Shown here: positions 46,157-55,887 of the stretch, one piece after another
Position numbering within the stretch: position 1 is the first letter of the stretch
How the letters are laid out: each line of letters opens with the position of its first letter
Assembly (NCBI GenBank): GCA_944385465.1
Contig: CALWXH010000002.1
Coordinates: 13,569-77,568 of the forward strand
Length of the DNA: 64,000 nucleotides
Direction of reading: 5' to 3'
DNA from: an uncultured Oscillospiraceae bacterium
GTDB lineage: Bacteria; Bacillota; Clostridia; Oscillospirales; Oscillospiraceae
Program-made: the position numbers and the translations under genes
Notes under the pieces: generated by a model
Seen by the model: only the letters and a program-made list of their open reading frames with translations
Databases searched by the model: none
Told to the model about the DNA's origin: nothing

Positions 46157-47006
46157 GTGTGATTCCTCCTTGTAATATGAGAAGTGAACATTACGAGTTG
46201 TGGTGAGATTTGGCCGTTGTTTGGGGCGGGGGCCAGGCCTCTGCTCAGGTTTCGGCCCCGTCCGAAAGGAACCAAAGGGCAGGGGATTCCGCCGCCTGCG
46301 GGCGGCGGGACGCTCCGCTGGGGTGACTTTTCTCACGCAAGAAAAGTCACCAAAAGTGCGCCCAAGGGGGAGCGCCCCCTTGGGTATCCCCCCGCTCAGT
46401 TGCACTGCGTCTTTCTCTTTCCGGCGTCCTGGACCCGCGGTTGCGCCGGTTCCCCCGACGGCCTCCGGCCTCCTGAATCCGGATGCTTCGGCTGCCGCAC
46501 CCCACCAGGGCGCCTGGCCGGGCGGGGCCCTTCGGCGTGTGCGCCGTTAGGGGAGCAGACCCGCAGGCTTGAACACCAAGACCAGGCGCCCGTAGGCGGC
46601 GCAGAAGATTGCAGGGCAAAACAGCAAAAGGCCAGGGGCCGCCGTGCGTCGCCGAGGGTGTCAGCAGATGTGCGCCGGTCGTTAGAGTGACGCACCGATT
46701 CTACTCCCCCGTAAAACGGGGGTTCTTAGGGGGCCAAATCCTGGAGGACGTCCTTTGTCCGATGGATTTGTCCCTCTAAGCGCGTCTTTGCCTACTTTCT
46801 GCGCGTGCAGAAAGTAGGTCGCCCCTCCGGGCGAAACCGGGGCCGGGCTGTTCGCGACGGCTCAGACGTTTCTGGGATCACGCTTCGCCTGCTCACGACG
46901 CCCGGCTTCCCGACCACTCGGACTGGTCTGCGGGCCGCTGTGCGGCCCTTCGCTCGTCCTCGCGACCGTCCATCCGGGCTGTTCGCGGCGGCTCAGACGC
47001 TTCTGA
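46157..47006. repeat. mosaic intergenic repeat cluster L2 (E+, core+, B+, A+, C-)
   Basis: An 850-bp non-coding gap inside the Moco gene cluster. It is collinear with L1 over the core, B and A modules, and module C is inverted. Confidence 0.85.
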
Positions 47007-47975
47007 TTACCCCCCAATCTGGCTCATCATATGCCCCTCGGCCCCGGGCACCTGGGCCTGAGCCTGGGCAAACTGGTGGGCGGCGGGCTTTTGGAGGATG
47101 GCCGCACCAATGGCCGCCTCCAGCTCCCCGTCGGAGCCGGAGAGCAGGGGGCGCAGCCATACCCCCCGGTCATATTGCAGGCAGGTCTTCAGAAAACCGG
47201 TGGCGGTGAGGCGCACCCGGTTGCACTGGTGGCAGAACTGGTGGCTCAGAGCGGAGATGAAGCCGATTTGCCCCTGGAAGCCGGGCAGCGTCCAATACCG
47301 GCTGGGCCCGCTGCCCAGGCGGCCGGAGTAGGGGGTCAGGGGGCCGTAGGCCGACTCCAGCAGGGCGCGCAGTTCTCCTTCGCTCCGGCCATGGAGTTCC
47401 TTCCCCAGGCCGATGGGCATCAGCTCGATGAACCGCACGGGGATGGGCTTGTCCCGGGCCAGCGCCGCCAGCTCCAGCAGCTCCTCCTCCGGGGCGATGG
47501 GGACGCAGTTGACCTTCACCGGCACCCCGGCGGCCAGACAGGTGTCCAGAGCGCCCAGGGTGCGCCCCACGCCCTCCCGGCGGGTGATGCGGCGGAAGGT
47601 GTCCTCGTTCAGGGTGTCCAGGCTGAGGTTTACCCCGGTGAGCCCCGCCTCCAGCAGGGCGGGCAGCTGCTGGCTGAGCAGGATGCCGTTGGTGGTGAGG
47701 GCCACCTCCCGGATGCCGGGAATGGCGCGCAGGCCGGCCACCAGCTCGGGCAGGCCCCGCCGCACCAGGGGCTCCCCCCCGGTGAGCCGGACCCGGCGGA
47801 CGCCCAGGCGGGCAAAGATGCGCGATAGGCGGAGGATGTCCTCAAAGCGGAGGATCTGGTCGTGGGGCAGCCACTCCACCCCCCCTTCGGGCATGCAGTA
47901 GCGGCAACGCAGGTTGCACCGGTCGGTGACGGAGATGCGCAGATAGTCGATGGAACGTCCGAATCCGTCCAGCAA
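47007..47975 (-). CDS. moaA: GTP 3',8-cyclase
   Basis: Radical SAM motif RISVTDRCNLRCRYCMP and C-terminal cluster CxxCxxxxC. TTG start 8 nt after GAGGAGG. Confidence 0.92.
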   Translation of the reverse strand: MLDGFGRSIDYLRISVTDRCNLRCRYCMPEGGVEWLPHDQILRFEDILRLSRIFARLGVRRVRLTGGEPLVRRGLPELVAGLRAIPGIREVALTTNGILLSQQLPALLEAGLTGVNLSLDTLNEDTFRRITRREGVGRTLGALDTCLAAGVPVKVNCVPIAPEEELLELAALARDKPIPVRFIELMPIGLGKELHGRSEGELRALLESAYGPLTPYSGRLGSGPSRYWTLPGFQGQIGFISALSHQFCHQCNRVRLTATGFLKTCLQYDRGVWLRPLLSGSDGELEAAIGAAILQKPAAHQFAQAQAQVPGAEGHMMSQIGG

Positions 47976-47988
47976 GACGCTCGCCTCC

Positions 47989-48477
47989 TCAGCAAAGGGA
48001 TAGGATGAGGTCGGCCATGGCGGGGATGTCGTCCAGGCCGACGGTGGGGATGCCCGGCAGGGTCAGGGGCAGGTCGGTGGCCACCGCCAGCAGGGTGGCC
48101 GGGGGGCACACCGGGGCGGCGGAGTTGCCGGAGCGCACCACCTCGATCTTGGGATAGGGGCTGTCCTTGAACCCCTCCAGCAGAATGACGTCCGCGCCGG
48201 GGAAGGCGTCAAAGAAGTCCCGCTCGCACACCCCCTGGGTCTGCCGCACCAGCTGGAAGCGGCAGGGGGAGTAGATGGCGTAGCCGCAGGCCCCTGCCTG
48301 GCCGAAGCGCCAGGAGTCGGTGCCAGGCACATCGGGGGTGAAGTCGTGGCCGTCGTGCTTGATGGCGGCCACCTGCAGGCCCCGGCGGCTGAGCTCCTGG
48401 ATGAGCTTTTCCATCAGGGTGGTCTTGCCGGAGTTCTTCACCCCGGAGACGGCGGCGACAATGGGCTTACCCCTCAC
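47989..48477 (-). CDS. mobB: molybdopterin-guanine dinucleotide biosynthesis adapter MobB
   Basis: P-loop [11 protein letters not shown] followed by [13 protein letters not shown] start overlapping the moaC end. Confidence 0.85.
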   Translation of the reverse strand: MRGKPIVAAVSGVKNSGKTTLMEKLIQELSRRGLQVAAIKHDGHDFTPDVPGTDSWRFGQAGACGYAIYSPCRFQLVRQTQGVCERDFFDAFPGADVILLEGFKDSPYPKIEVVRSGNSAAPVCPPATLLAVATDLPLTLPGIPTVGLDDIPAMADLILSLC

Positions 48478-48946
48478 GGGTGAACACCCCCGATTTTCCG
48501 CCCTCTTTCCGCATGAGGCGCACGTTGGTGATGGTCATGGCCCGGTCCAGGGCCTTGCACATGTCATAGATGGTGAGCAGGGCGGCGGATACGCCGGTGA
48601 GGGCCTCCATCTCCACCCCGGTGTTGCCGGTGATCTTCACGGTGCAGGCGGCCTCCACCCGGCCCTCCTCCGGAAACAGGTCAAAGTCCACCGAGCAGCC
48701 GGACACCGCCAGCGGGTGGCACATGGGGATGAGGTCGCTGGTGCGCTTCACCGCCATGATGCCCGCCACCCGGGCCACCCCCAGCACGTCGCCCTTTTTG
48801 GCGGTGCCGGTCTGGATGGCGGTCATCACCGCCCCGTTCACGTGGATTTCCCCCCGGGCCACCGCCAGGCGCTGGGTGGGGGCCTTGTCCGTCACGTCCA
48901 CCATGATGGCCTTGCCCTGGGCGTCAAAATGATTCAGTCCGTTCAT
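48467..48946 (-). CDS. moaC: cyclic pyranopterin monophosphate synthase
   Basis: MVDVTDK...[31 protein letters not shown]. Confidence 0.92.
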   Translation of the reverse strand: MNGLNHFDAQGKAIMVDVTDKAPTQRLAVARGEIHVNGAVMTAIQTGTAKKGDVLGVARVAGIMAVKRTSDLIPMCHPLAVSGCSVDFDLFPEEGRVEAACTVKITGNTGVEMEALTGVSAALLTIYDMCKALDRAMTITNVRLMRKEGGKSGVFTREG

Positions 48947-49152
48947 AACAGCACCGCCTTTACCATGGTTCCGGCCTCCAGGGCCGGGGAGCCCGCCGGG
49001 ATGTCCACCAGGCAGTTACAGCCGCCCCACCCGGCCCAGGCCGGGCGGGGACCCCCGAGGATGACAAAATCGCGGGGGCCAAATGAATTGCCTCCCGCTC
49101 CGCGCCAAAAGGCGCGCCGCCTGCCGGCGGTGGGTGGGCTGCACCTGCTCAT
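48943..49152 (-). pseudogene. duplicated moeA 3' fragment fused to a 125-bp insert (69-codon ORF)
   Basis: The last 25 codons ([25 protein letters not shown]) repeat the MoeA C-terminus. The 81-bp copies 48943-49023 and 49149-49229 match at 78/81 positions. Confidence 0.75.
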
Positions 49153-50354
49153 AGCAGCACCGCCTTTACCATCGTTCCGGCCTCCAGGGCCGGGGAGCCC
49201 GCCGGGATGTCCACCAGGCAGTTGCAGCCCACCTGGGAGCGCAGCTGGCCGGAGGAGTGGCCGTCGGGCAGGGAGATGGAGCCGTCCCGGAGGACGCCCC
49301 GGACAAACCGCCGTCCGCCGCTGGCCTTGGGGAAGGGGGTGGCCAGAGGGGCGGACAGGCGGACCGGCTGCCAGTGGGGCTGGCCCTCCAGGGCCGATAG
49401 CAGGGAGCGGCCCAGCAGCTCAAAGGTGGCCGCGGCGGCAAAGGGGTTGCCGGACAGGGACAGTACCGGCTTGCCCTGGATCAGGGAGAACATCAGCGGG
49501 GTGCCGGGTTTGAGCTGGACCCGCCAGAACAGCCGCTGGGCGTCCGCCAGGGGCAGGGCCTGGTGGAAAATGTCCTTATCCCCCACTGACACGCCGCCGG
49601 TGGTGATGACGCAGTCAAACAGTCCGGCGCTCTCGCTCAGTGCCTCGGCCACGGCGCGGGGGTCGTCCGGCCACCAGGCGGTGGCCGCCTCCAGTCCCAG
49701 CTGCCGGCACCGGGCGGCCAGCTGGGGCAGGTTGGAGTTGTAGATCTGGCCGGGGCGCAGGGTGTCCCCCGGCTGGGCCAGCTCGTCGCCGGTGCCGGCC
49801 AGCAGCACCTTGGGCCGGGGGTGGGCGGACAGGGGGGTCTCCCACAGCCCGGCGCTGGCCAGCACCCCCAGGGCGACGCTGTCCATCCGGGTGCCGGCGG
49901 GGAACAGCAGGCTGCCGTTTTGAAAGTCCTCCCCCGCGAAGCAGTAGTTCTCGTGGGGGGCCAGGGCGCGGAAGATGCCCACCCGGGGGTGGGCGCGGTC
50001 AGTGTCCTCCTGGCGGATCACGCAGTCGGCGCCGGGGGGGATGGGTGCCCCGGTCATGATCCGGGCGCACTGGCCGGGGTTCAGCGGAATCTGGGGCCAG
50101 TCCCCGGCGCAGAGGGTCTCCCGCACCTCCAGGAGAACGGGGTGGTCCGGGCTGGCGCCCAGGCTGTCCTCAGCCCGCAGGGCATAGCCGTCCAGGGGGG
50201 AGCGGTCAAAGGGGGGCTGGTCCATGGGGGCGATGACGTCCTGGGCCAGGACGTGGTCCTGCAGCCAGTTTCCCGCCAGCTCCACCGGAGGCAGGGGGGC
50301 GGTGTGCAGCCGGATGAGCTCCAGCGCCCGCTCCAGGGTGATGCCGGTCTCCAT
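49149..50354 (-). CDS. moeA: molybdopterin molybdenumtransferase
   Basis: METGITLERALELI...PFDRSPLDGYA...TTGGVSVGDKD. Start at ATG 50354 behind GGAAGGAGGGG. The longer ORF 49149..50678 overlaps the upstream gene. Confidence 0.9.
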   Translation of the reverse strand: METGITLERALELIRLHTAPLPPVELAGNWLQDHVLAQDVIAPMDQPPFDRSPLDGYALRAEDSLGASPDHPVLLEVRETLCAGDWPQIPLNPGQCARIMTGAPIPPGADCVIRQEDTDRAHPRVGIFRALAPHENYCFAGEDFQNGSLLFPAGTRMDSVALGVLASAGLWETPLSAHPRPKVLLAGTGDELAQPGDTLRPGQIYNSNLPQLAARCRQLGLEAATAWWPDDPRAVAEALSESAGLFDCVITTGGVSVGDKDIFHQALPLADAQRLFWRVQLKPGTPLMFSLIQGKPVLSLSGNPFAAAATFELLGRSLLSALEGQPHWQPVRLSAPLATPFPKASGGRRFVRGVLRDGSISLPDGHSSGQLRSQVGCNCLVDIPAGSPALEAGTMVKAVLL

Positions 50355-50356
50355 GC

Positions 50357-51382
50357 TCACCCCTCCTTCCCGAAGGGGCACACGGGGTAGCGGCACTCCC
50401 CGCAGCCCAGGCACAGCCCGCCGTGGCCCAGCTCCACCAGCTCGGCCCGGGTGACGGGCAGGCCGGCGGCCAGCCGAGGCAGCACCAGGTCGAAAATGGT
50501 GGCCTTGGCGTACATCACGCAGCCGGGCAGTCCGCACACCGGGGTGCCCTTCAGGTCGCTGAGCAGGAACATGGCCCCCGGCAGCACCGGGGCGCCGTAG
50601 GTGATGATGTCCGCCCCGGAGGCCCGGATGGCGCCGGGGGTGCGGTCGTCGGGGTCCACGCTCATCCCGCCGGTGCACACCACCAGGTCCACCCCCGCCG
50701 CCTGGTAGTCCAGGATGGCCTGGGTGATGGCCTGCCGGTCATCGCCGGGGGTGCACTCCATGGTGACGGAGATGCCGTACTGGGCCAGCTTGGCCTTCAC
50801 CACCGGGGAGAACTGGTCCCGGATGAGGCCGCTGCGCACCTCGCTGCCGGTGACGATGAGGCCGCAGGTTTTCCGCACATAGGGGTGCAGGGACAGGATG
50901 GGCCCGCCTGGGCCCACCGCCGCCTGGGCGGCGTCCAGCTTGTCCTCGGCGATGATCAGGGGGATGACCCGCATGGCCGCCAGCCGGTCCCCCGCCTTCA
51001 CCGGGGCGTTGGTGTGCCGGGTGGCCACCATCAGCTCCTCCTGGCTGTTCAGGGCCCGCAGCCGGTTCACATCCACCCGGAACAGGCCGTCGCAGGCTGC
51101 CCGCAGCTCGATCTTGCCCTCCTTGGGCGGGGTGGCGGTCATATGTTCTCCTTGGCACAGGGCCCGCAGACGCTCCGCCCCCTCGTCCTCGTGGAGCATC
51201 CCGGGGGTCTTTTCCCACACGTACAGATGCTCCTTGCCCATGCTCAGCAGCACGGGGATGTCCTGCGCCGTCACCACGTGCCCCTTGCGGAACCGGGCGT
51301 CCTTGATGACGCCGGGGATGATCTGGGTCATGTCGTGGCACAGCACATGGCCCACGGCGTCCTGGGTCCTCACCAGATTCAC
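50357..51382 (-). CDS. molybdopterin-binding (MoCF_biosynth) domain protein with C-terminal Cys cluster
   Basis: VCTGGMSVDPDDRTPGAI plus the tail GGLCLGCGECRYPVCPFG. Preferred start is GTG 51382, 8 nt after AGGGAGG. ATG 51403 lies immediately after the riboswitch terminator and lacks an RBS. Confidence 0.75.
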   Translation of the reverse strand: MNLVRTQDAVGHVLCHDMTQIIPGVIKDARFRKGHVVTAQDIPVLLSMGKEHLYVWEKTPGMLHEDEGAERLRALCQGEHMTATPPKEGKIELRAACDGLFRVDVNRLRALNSQEELMVATRHTNAPVKAGDRLAAMRVIPLIIAEDKLDAAQAAVGPGGPILSLHPYVRKTCGLIVTGSEVRSGLIRDQFSPVVKAKLAQYGISVTMECTPGDDRQAITQAILDYQAAGVDLVVCTGGMSVDPDDRTPGAIRASGADIITYGAPVLPGAMFLLSDLKGTPVCGLPGCVMYAKATIFDLVLPRLAAGLPVTRAELVELGHGGLCLGCGECRYPVCPFGKEG

Positions 51383-51404
51383 GGCAAATTCCTCCCTTTC
51401 CATG

Positions 51405-51565
51405 ACAAAAGCGGCCCTGTCCCCAAGGGACAAGGCCGCCAGAATCCATATGCTCCGACAAACGCCTGACCCTTTTCAACAAGGAAGGCGGCGCCGTTTC
51501 CCGCGCCACCCCGGCCCGGAGGCCATAGCGGATGCCTTAGGCCGGCGGGCTCGGATCAATTGGTG
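51405..51565 (-). promoter_or_regulatory. probable molybdenum-cofactor (Moco) riboswitch with terminator expression platform
   Basis: The minus strand contains GAUCCGAGCC...GGCCUCCGGGCC...GAAAAGG, blocks recalled from the Moco RNA motif. The terminator GGCCTTGTCCC-TTGG-GGACAGGGCC+GCTTTT follows (about 51413..51437), directly upstream of Moco genes. Confidence 0.6.
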
Positions 51566-51570
51566 TTACC

Positions 51571-51599
51571 AGTATAATGCAGATCACAGGGGATTGCAA
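51571..51599 (-). promoter_or_regulatory. promoter driving the riboswitch and Moco operon, embedded in the mobA 3' end
   Basis: Minus strand TTGCAA-17 nt-TATACT. Confidence 0.55.
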
Positions 51600-52228
51600 C
51601 CCTCTTTTTCCGCCGCCGTCACATCGGCGGGGGTGTTCAGGTTGCGAAACAGGGCCGGGTCCGGGGCGGGGAGGGTGATGGTATGTACCCAGCCTAGCAG
51701 GGTGGACATGCGGTTGTCCCCGCCCAGCAGGAGGGTTTCGGCCAGGGTGAGGCAGTTTTTCCGGTACAGGCCGAACAGGGGCTGGGGATGCCCGTCCAGG
51801 GTGTAGACGCAGGCGTCCGCCGTGCCGATGGCCGCCAGCAGCCCGTCCGCCAGGGCGGGGGTGAGAAAGGGGCAGTCCACCGCGGTGAGCAGCAGCAGGG
51901 GGGTGGGACAGGCGCGCAGCCCGGCGTGGAGCCCGCCCAGGGGCCCCCGGTCGGGATAGACGTCCGCCACGGCCGTGGCGCCCCGGGGGGCCAGGGCGCG
52001 GCGGGAGGGGTCGCCCACCGAGAGCTGGAGCCCCGCGCCATAGCTCTGCCAGGTGTCCACGGCCCGGGCCAGCAGGGTTTTGCCCCCCAGCTCCACCAGC
52101 GCCTTGTCCCGGCCCATGCGGGTGGAGCGGCCGCCCAGCATGACCTGGACGGTGACGGAGCGGCGGCGGGCCAGCAGGGCCTCCGGCGGGAGAGAGGGGG
52201 TGGTGGGCTGACAGCTTTGCAGATCCAT
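51584..52228 (-). CDS. mobA: molybdenum cofactor guanylyltransferase
   Basis: MLGGRSTRMGRDKAL...GPLGGLHAGL...AVDCPF motifs. ATG 52228 lies 6 nt after GGAGG. Confidence 0.85.
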   Translation of the reverse strand: MDLQSCQPTTPSLPPEALLARRRSVTVQVMLGGRSTRMGRDKALVELGGKTLLARAVDTWQSYGAGLQLSVGDPSRRALAPRGATAVADVYPDRGPLGGLHAGLRACPTPLLLLTAVDCPFLTPALADGLLAAIGTADACVYTLDGHPQPLFGLYRKNCLTLAETLLLGGDNRMSTLLGWVHTITLPAPDPALFRNLNTPADVTAAEKEGCNPL

Positions 52229-52397
52229 AAGCGCCTCCGTTCTTCCGCCTGGGGCGGAGCTTCAAGATAGTATCATCATACACCCAACCGCGGGAGAATA
52301 CAACCGGGGAAGAGAAAAATCCCGGCGGCGGGAAACGCCCGGGAGAAGGGCGCAAACCCCCGGCCCCGGCAGGGTTGTGCCGGAGCCGGGGGCGTGT

Positions 52398-53120
52398 TTA
52401 CAGGACTTTGGAGAGAAAGTCGATGGTGCGCTGTTCTCTGGGGTGGGCGAAAAACTCGTGGGGCTCGTTCTGCTCCAGGATGTGGCCCCCGTCCATGAAC
52501 AGCACCCGGGTGCCTACCTCCCGGGCAAAGCCCATCTCGTGGGTGACCACCACCATGGTCATGCCCTCCTGGGCAAGCTCCTTCATCACCTCCAGCACCT
52601 CGCCCACCATCTCCGGGTCCAGGGCGGAGGTGGGCTCGTCGAAGAGCATCACCTTGGGCCGCATGGCCATGGCCCGGACGATGGCGATACGCTGCTTCTG
52701 GCCGCCGGACAGCTGGGCGGGATAGGCGTCCGCCTTGTCCAGCAGGCCCACCCGTTCCAGCAGCTTCTCCGCCTCTGCCTCGGCCTCTTCCTTTTTCATC
52801 AGCCCGGTACGGATGGGGGCCAGGGTGATGTTGCGCCGCACGGTCATGTTGGGGAACAGGTTGAAGTGCTGGAACACCATGCCCATCTGTCGGCGCACCG
52901 CGTCGATGTCCACCTTGGGGTCGGTGATGACGGTGCCGTCAAAGGTGATGGTGCCGGAGGTGGGGGTCTCCAGAAGGTTCAGGCACCGCAGGAAGGTGGA
53001 CTTGCCCGAGCCGGAGGGCCCGATGATGACCACCTTCTCCCCCTCGCTGATGTGCTCGGAGATGTCGTCCAGCACCAGGTTGCTCCCGAAGGATTTGCTC
53101 AGATGTTCAACGTCGATCAC
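52398..53120 (-). CDS. polar amino-acid ABC transporter ATP-binding protein
   Basis: [29 protein letters not shown] and [13 protein letters not shown] (GlnQ-like). GTG start. Confidence 0.9.
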   Translation of the reverse strand: MIDVEHLSKSFGSNLVLDDISEHISEGEKVVIIGPSGSGKSTFLRCLNLLETPTSGTITFDGTVITDPKVDIDAVRRQMGMVFQHFNLFPNMTVRRNITLAPIRTGLMKKEEAEAEAEKLLERVGLLDKADAYPAQLSGGQKQRIAIVRAMAMRPKVMLFDEPTSALDPEMVGEVLEVMKELAQEGMTMVVVTHEMGFAREVGTRVLFMDGGHILEQNEPHEFFAHPREQRTIDFLSKVL

Positions 53121-53880
53121 TTTGACGCAGCCTCCTTTCCAGCTTGCCCTGGAGCCAGGTGAAGATCATCACCAGCACCAGATAGATGATGGCCGCCCCG
53201 ATGAGGGGGAACATGGCGTCAAAGGTCCGGTTGACGATGTTCTTGGCGAAGTAGACCATCTCCTGCCCGCCGATGATGGAGATCAGCGAGGTGTCCTTCA
53301 GTAGGACGATGAACTCGTTGCCCAGGGAGGGGAGGATGGCCTTAAAGGCCTGGGGCACCACGATGAAGCGCATGGTGTCCAGGTAGTTCAGGCCCAGGGA
53401 ACGGCCTGCCTCACTCTGTCCGATGTCCAGGCTCATCAGGCCGCCCCGGATGATCTCCGCCACATAGGCTCCAGAATTGATGCCCAGGGTCAGGGCGCCC
53501 ACCGCGGTGTAGTTCCGGCTGCTGGAAAAGACCACCATGCCCATGATCAGGATTTGCACCATCATGGGGGTGCCCCGGATGACGGTGACGTAGATTTTAC
53601 AAATTAGGTTGACCACGCCCAACAGGAAGTTCCGGGGCCGACCGGGGCGCTGCTGGTCATGGGCGGTGCGGATGACGGCCACCAGCACCCCCAGCACCAC
53701 GCCGATGGCCAGGGCCATGGCGGTGGCCACGATGGTGACCCCCACGCCCTCAAGGTACTGCTGCCAGCGGTCGGCTTCGATGAATGCCTGATAGAAGCGC
53801 ACATAGAACTCCTGCCACCAGGTGGCTTCCTGGTCCAGCATCAGTGCGCGCCACGCCTCAAAAGTCTGCGCCAGATCCAT
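53107..53880 (-). CDS. amino-acid ABC transporter permease
   Basis: HisM/GlnP-type permease with EAGRSLGL in the EAA loop. ATG 53880 preferred over TTG 53886. Confidence 0.85.
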   Translation of the reverse strand: MDLAQTFEAWRALMLDQEATWWQEFYVRFYQAFIEADRWQQYLEGVGVTIVATAMALAIGVVLGVLVAVIRTAHDQQRPGRPRNFLLGVVNLICKIYVTVIRGTPMMVQILIMGMVVFSSSRNYTAVGALTLGINSGAYVAEIIRGGLMSLDIGQSEAGRSLGLNYLDTMRFIVVPQAFKAILPSLGNEFIVLLKDTSLISIIGGQEMVYFAKNIVNRTFDAMFPLIGAAIIYLVLVMIFTWLQGKLERRLRQSDRR

Positions 53881-53967
53881 GGGCAATCTCTCTCCTTCCC
53901 TTTCTTAACAAGACACCGCAAGAGGGGCGGCTCCTGCCGCCCCTCTCCGCGGAACACACGTGCGGGC

Positions 53968-54882
53968 TCAGCCGCCGATGTACTGGTTCATGATCTCCTC
54001 GACGGTGCCGTCGTCGATCATCTCGTTCAGGGCTTTGTTCACGGCCTCCAGCAGGGCGGTGTTGCCCTCGTCCACGCCCACGCAGTAGTCCTCGATGGTG
54101 TAGGCGCCCTCCACGATCTTCAGGCCGGGGGTGGCCTCCACATACTCCTGGGCGGGGCCGATGTCGATGACCACGCAGTCCACCTGGCCGTTGACCAGGG
54201 CCTGCACCGCCACGGAGCCGTTGTCCAGGCTGGTCACCTTGTCCACGCCGTAGGCGTCCTGGCAGTAGAGCTCGCCGGTGGTGCCCCGCTGCACGCCGAT
54301 CTGCACGTCCTCGACCACGTTACCGTCAGCGTCCACCAGCATCAGGTCGTCGTTGCCGCCGGCGATGCGGTCGTCATCCTCCCGGACGATGATCACCTGG
54401 TAGCCGGTGGCGTAGGTGTCGGAGAAGTCCATGACGAGGTCCCGCTCCTCGCTGTAGGACATACCGGCCAGCATCACGTCGGCCCGGCCCTCCTGCACCG
54501 CCAGCAGGGCGGCGTCAAAGTCGATGTTGTCGATGACCAGCTCCAGCCCCAGCTTGTCGGCGATGACCTGGGCGATGTCCGGGTCGATGCCGATGACGTT
54601 GTTGTCGTCATCCGTCATCTCATAGGGGGGGAAGGAGGCGTTGGTCACCATGATGAGCTTGCCGGGCTCGATGAGGGCGTCGGCAAAGTCGCCGTAGTCG
54701 CCGGTGGCGCCGCCCTCAGAGGCGGCGGGCTCCTCAGAGCCGGCGGGGGCGGCGGACTCGGCGCCCGCCTGGCTGGGGGTCTGGGTGTTGTCGCCACCGT
54801 TGTCGCCGCAGGCGGCCAGGGCGAACACCAGGCTCAGGGCCATGAACATGGCCAGCAGTTTCTTCATTGCTTTCATTTTCAT
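53968..54882 (-). CDS. amino-acid ABC transporter substrate-binding lipoprotein
   Basis: Lipobox LALAAC followed by a Gly/Ala/Glu-rich linker and an SBP_bac_3-like domain. Confidence 0.85.
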   Translation of the reverse strand: MKMKAMKKLLAMFMALSLVFALAACGDNGGDNTQTPSQAGAESAAPAGSEEPAASEGGATGDYGDFADALIEPGKLIMVTNASFPPYEMTDDDNNVIGIDPDIAQVIADKLGLELVIDNIDFDAALLAVQEGRADVMLAGMSYSEERDLVMDFSDTYATGYQVIIVREDDDRIAGGNDDLMLVDADGNVVEDVQIGVQRGTTGELYCQDAYGVDKVTSLDNGSVAVQALVNGQVDCVVIDIGPAQEYVEATPGLKIVEGAYTIEDYCVGVDEGNTALLEAVNKALNEMIDDGTVEEIMNQYIGG

Positions 54883-54934
54883 CTATCTCCTTTTCCATAA
54901 CATCGAACTTGACCAGATGATCTGGAATGGGGTA

Positions 54935-54963
54935 ATTATACTTCTGCGATGAATAAAATGCAA
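54935..54963 (-). promoter_or_regulatory. sigma-A promoter for the amino-acid ABC operon
   Basis: Minus strand TTGCAT-17 nt-TATAAT. Confidence 0.6.
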
Positions 54964-55054
54964 GAGGATTTTGGGAATCCCCCTGCATTTTATGGAAATT
55001 AACCATTCAGATGTGAATGTATATGCATTTTTATGCAGGGTGCTCGTCCATCCC

Positions 55055-55885
55055 TCAGTCAAAGGCCAGCCCCAGGTAGCCCTGGGGGGAGCGCTGCCAC
55101 CGGGAGGGCGGGGCGGCGTACAGCCAGCGGATGGCCCCGAAGGGGGTGTCCTCCGGCCCGCCGGGCAGGCGCACCTGGGCGGGGGCGGCGCACAGGGCGG
55201 CGGCGGCCGCCGCCCCCTGGGCCTCGTCCAGAGGGTGGCATAGCAGCTCCTTCACCACCGGTGCCCCCGGCCAGCACTCCACCGCGGCGCACCCCGGGCC
55301 GTGGGCCAGCTCCAGCCGGTACAGGCCGCTGCCCGGATGGGGACAGAGCCGGCGCTGGAATTCCATCTGTCCGGGGTCCTGAACCACGTGGGTGGTGCCG
55401 GTCAACAGAGACTCTCGGAGCGCGTCATACGCCTCAGGAGAAATGGAGCGGGCCGGAGCGGCGGCGGGCCGAGCTTCTACCCGGCGGTGATAGAAGGCAG
55501 GAGCAAAGTCATTCTTGGCAAAAAAAGAGAACAGGGAGGGCTGGGCGGGGACGGTGAGGATGCAGTCCGCCCGGCGGTTGCGCAGCACCTCGCAGGCGTA
55601 GCTGAGCAGCTGCCCGGCGTACCCCCAGCCCCGGGCCTCCGGCCGGGTGGCCAGGGCATAGACATAGCCCCCCTTCACCCTCCAGCCGTCGGGGAAGGTG
55701 AGGGTGACCTCCGGCAGGGCCAGCATGGCCTGGACCTGCCCGTCCTCCGTCAGCACCAGGGGGCCGGGCAGGCGGGTGAGGGCGTAGAACGCCCGTTGTA
55801 AGGCAGGGCCGTCGTCAAAGACCTGGGTCCAGAGGGCTTCCGCCTGGGGCAGCTCCTCCGGGCGGGCCTGGTGCAGTTCCAGCAT
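55055..55885 (-). CDS. GNAT-family N-acetyltransferase with extra C-terminal domain
   Basis: The acetyl-CoA pocket region ALATRPEARGWGYAGQLL supports the family. ATG 55885 lies 2 nt after the upstream stop. Confidence 0.7.
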   Translation of the reverse strand: MLELHQARPEELPQAEALWTQVFDDGPALQRAFYALTRLPGPLVLTEDGQVQAMLALPEVTLTFPDGWRVKGGYVYALATRPEARGWGYAGQLLSYACEVLRNRRADCILTVPAQPSLFSFFAKNDFAPAFYHRRVEARPAAAPARSISPEAYDALRESLLTGTTHVVQDPGQMEFQRRLCPHPGSGLYRLELAHGPGCAAVECWPGAPVVKELLCHPLDEAQGAAAAAALCAAPAQVRLPGGPEDTPFGAIRWLYAAPPSRWQRSPQGYLGLAFD

Positions 55886-55887
55886 AC

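Noticed and set aside
41327-47006. A CRISPR array or DGR template/variable repeats as an explanation for the repeated units.
   Set aside because: There is no regular short repeat-spacer periodicity, no cas genes, no reverse transcriptase, and the mismatches between copies are not adenine-specific.
48943-49152. The 69-aa ORF between moeA and moaC as a genuine independent gene.
   Set aside because: Its C-terminal 25 residues are a near-exact copy of the MoeA C-terminus. The remainder is Arg/Gly/Pro-rich sequence encoded by the insert. It is better explained as a duplication scar and is annotated as a pseudogene fragment.
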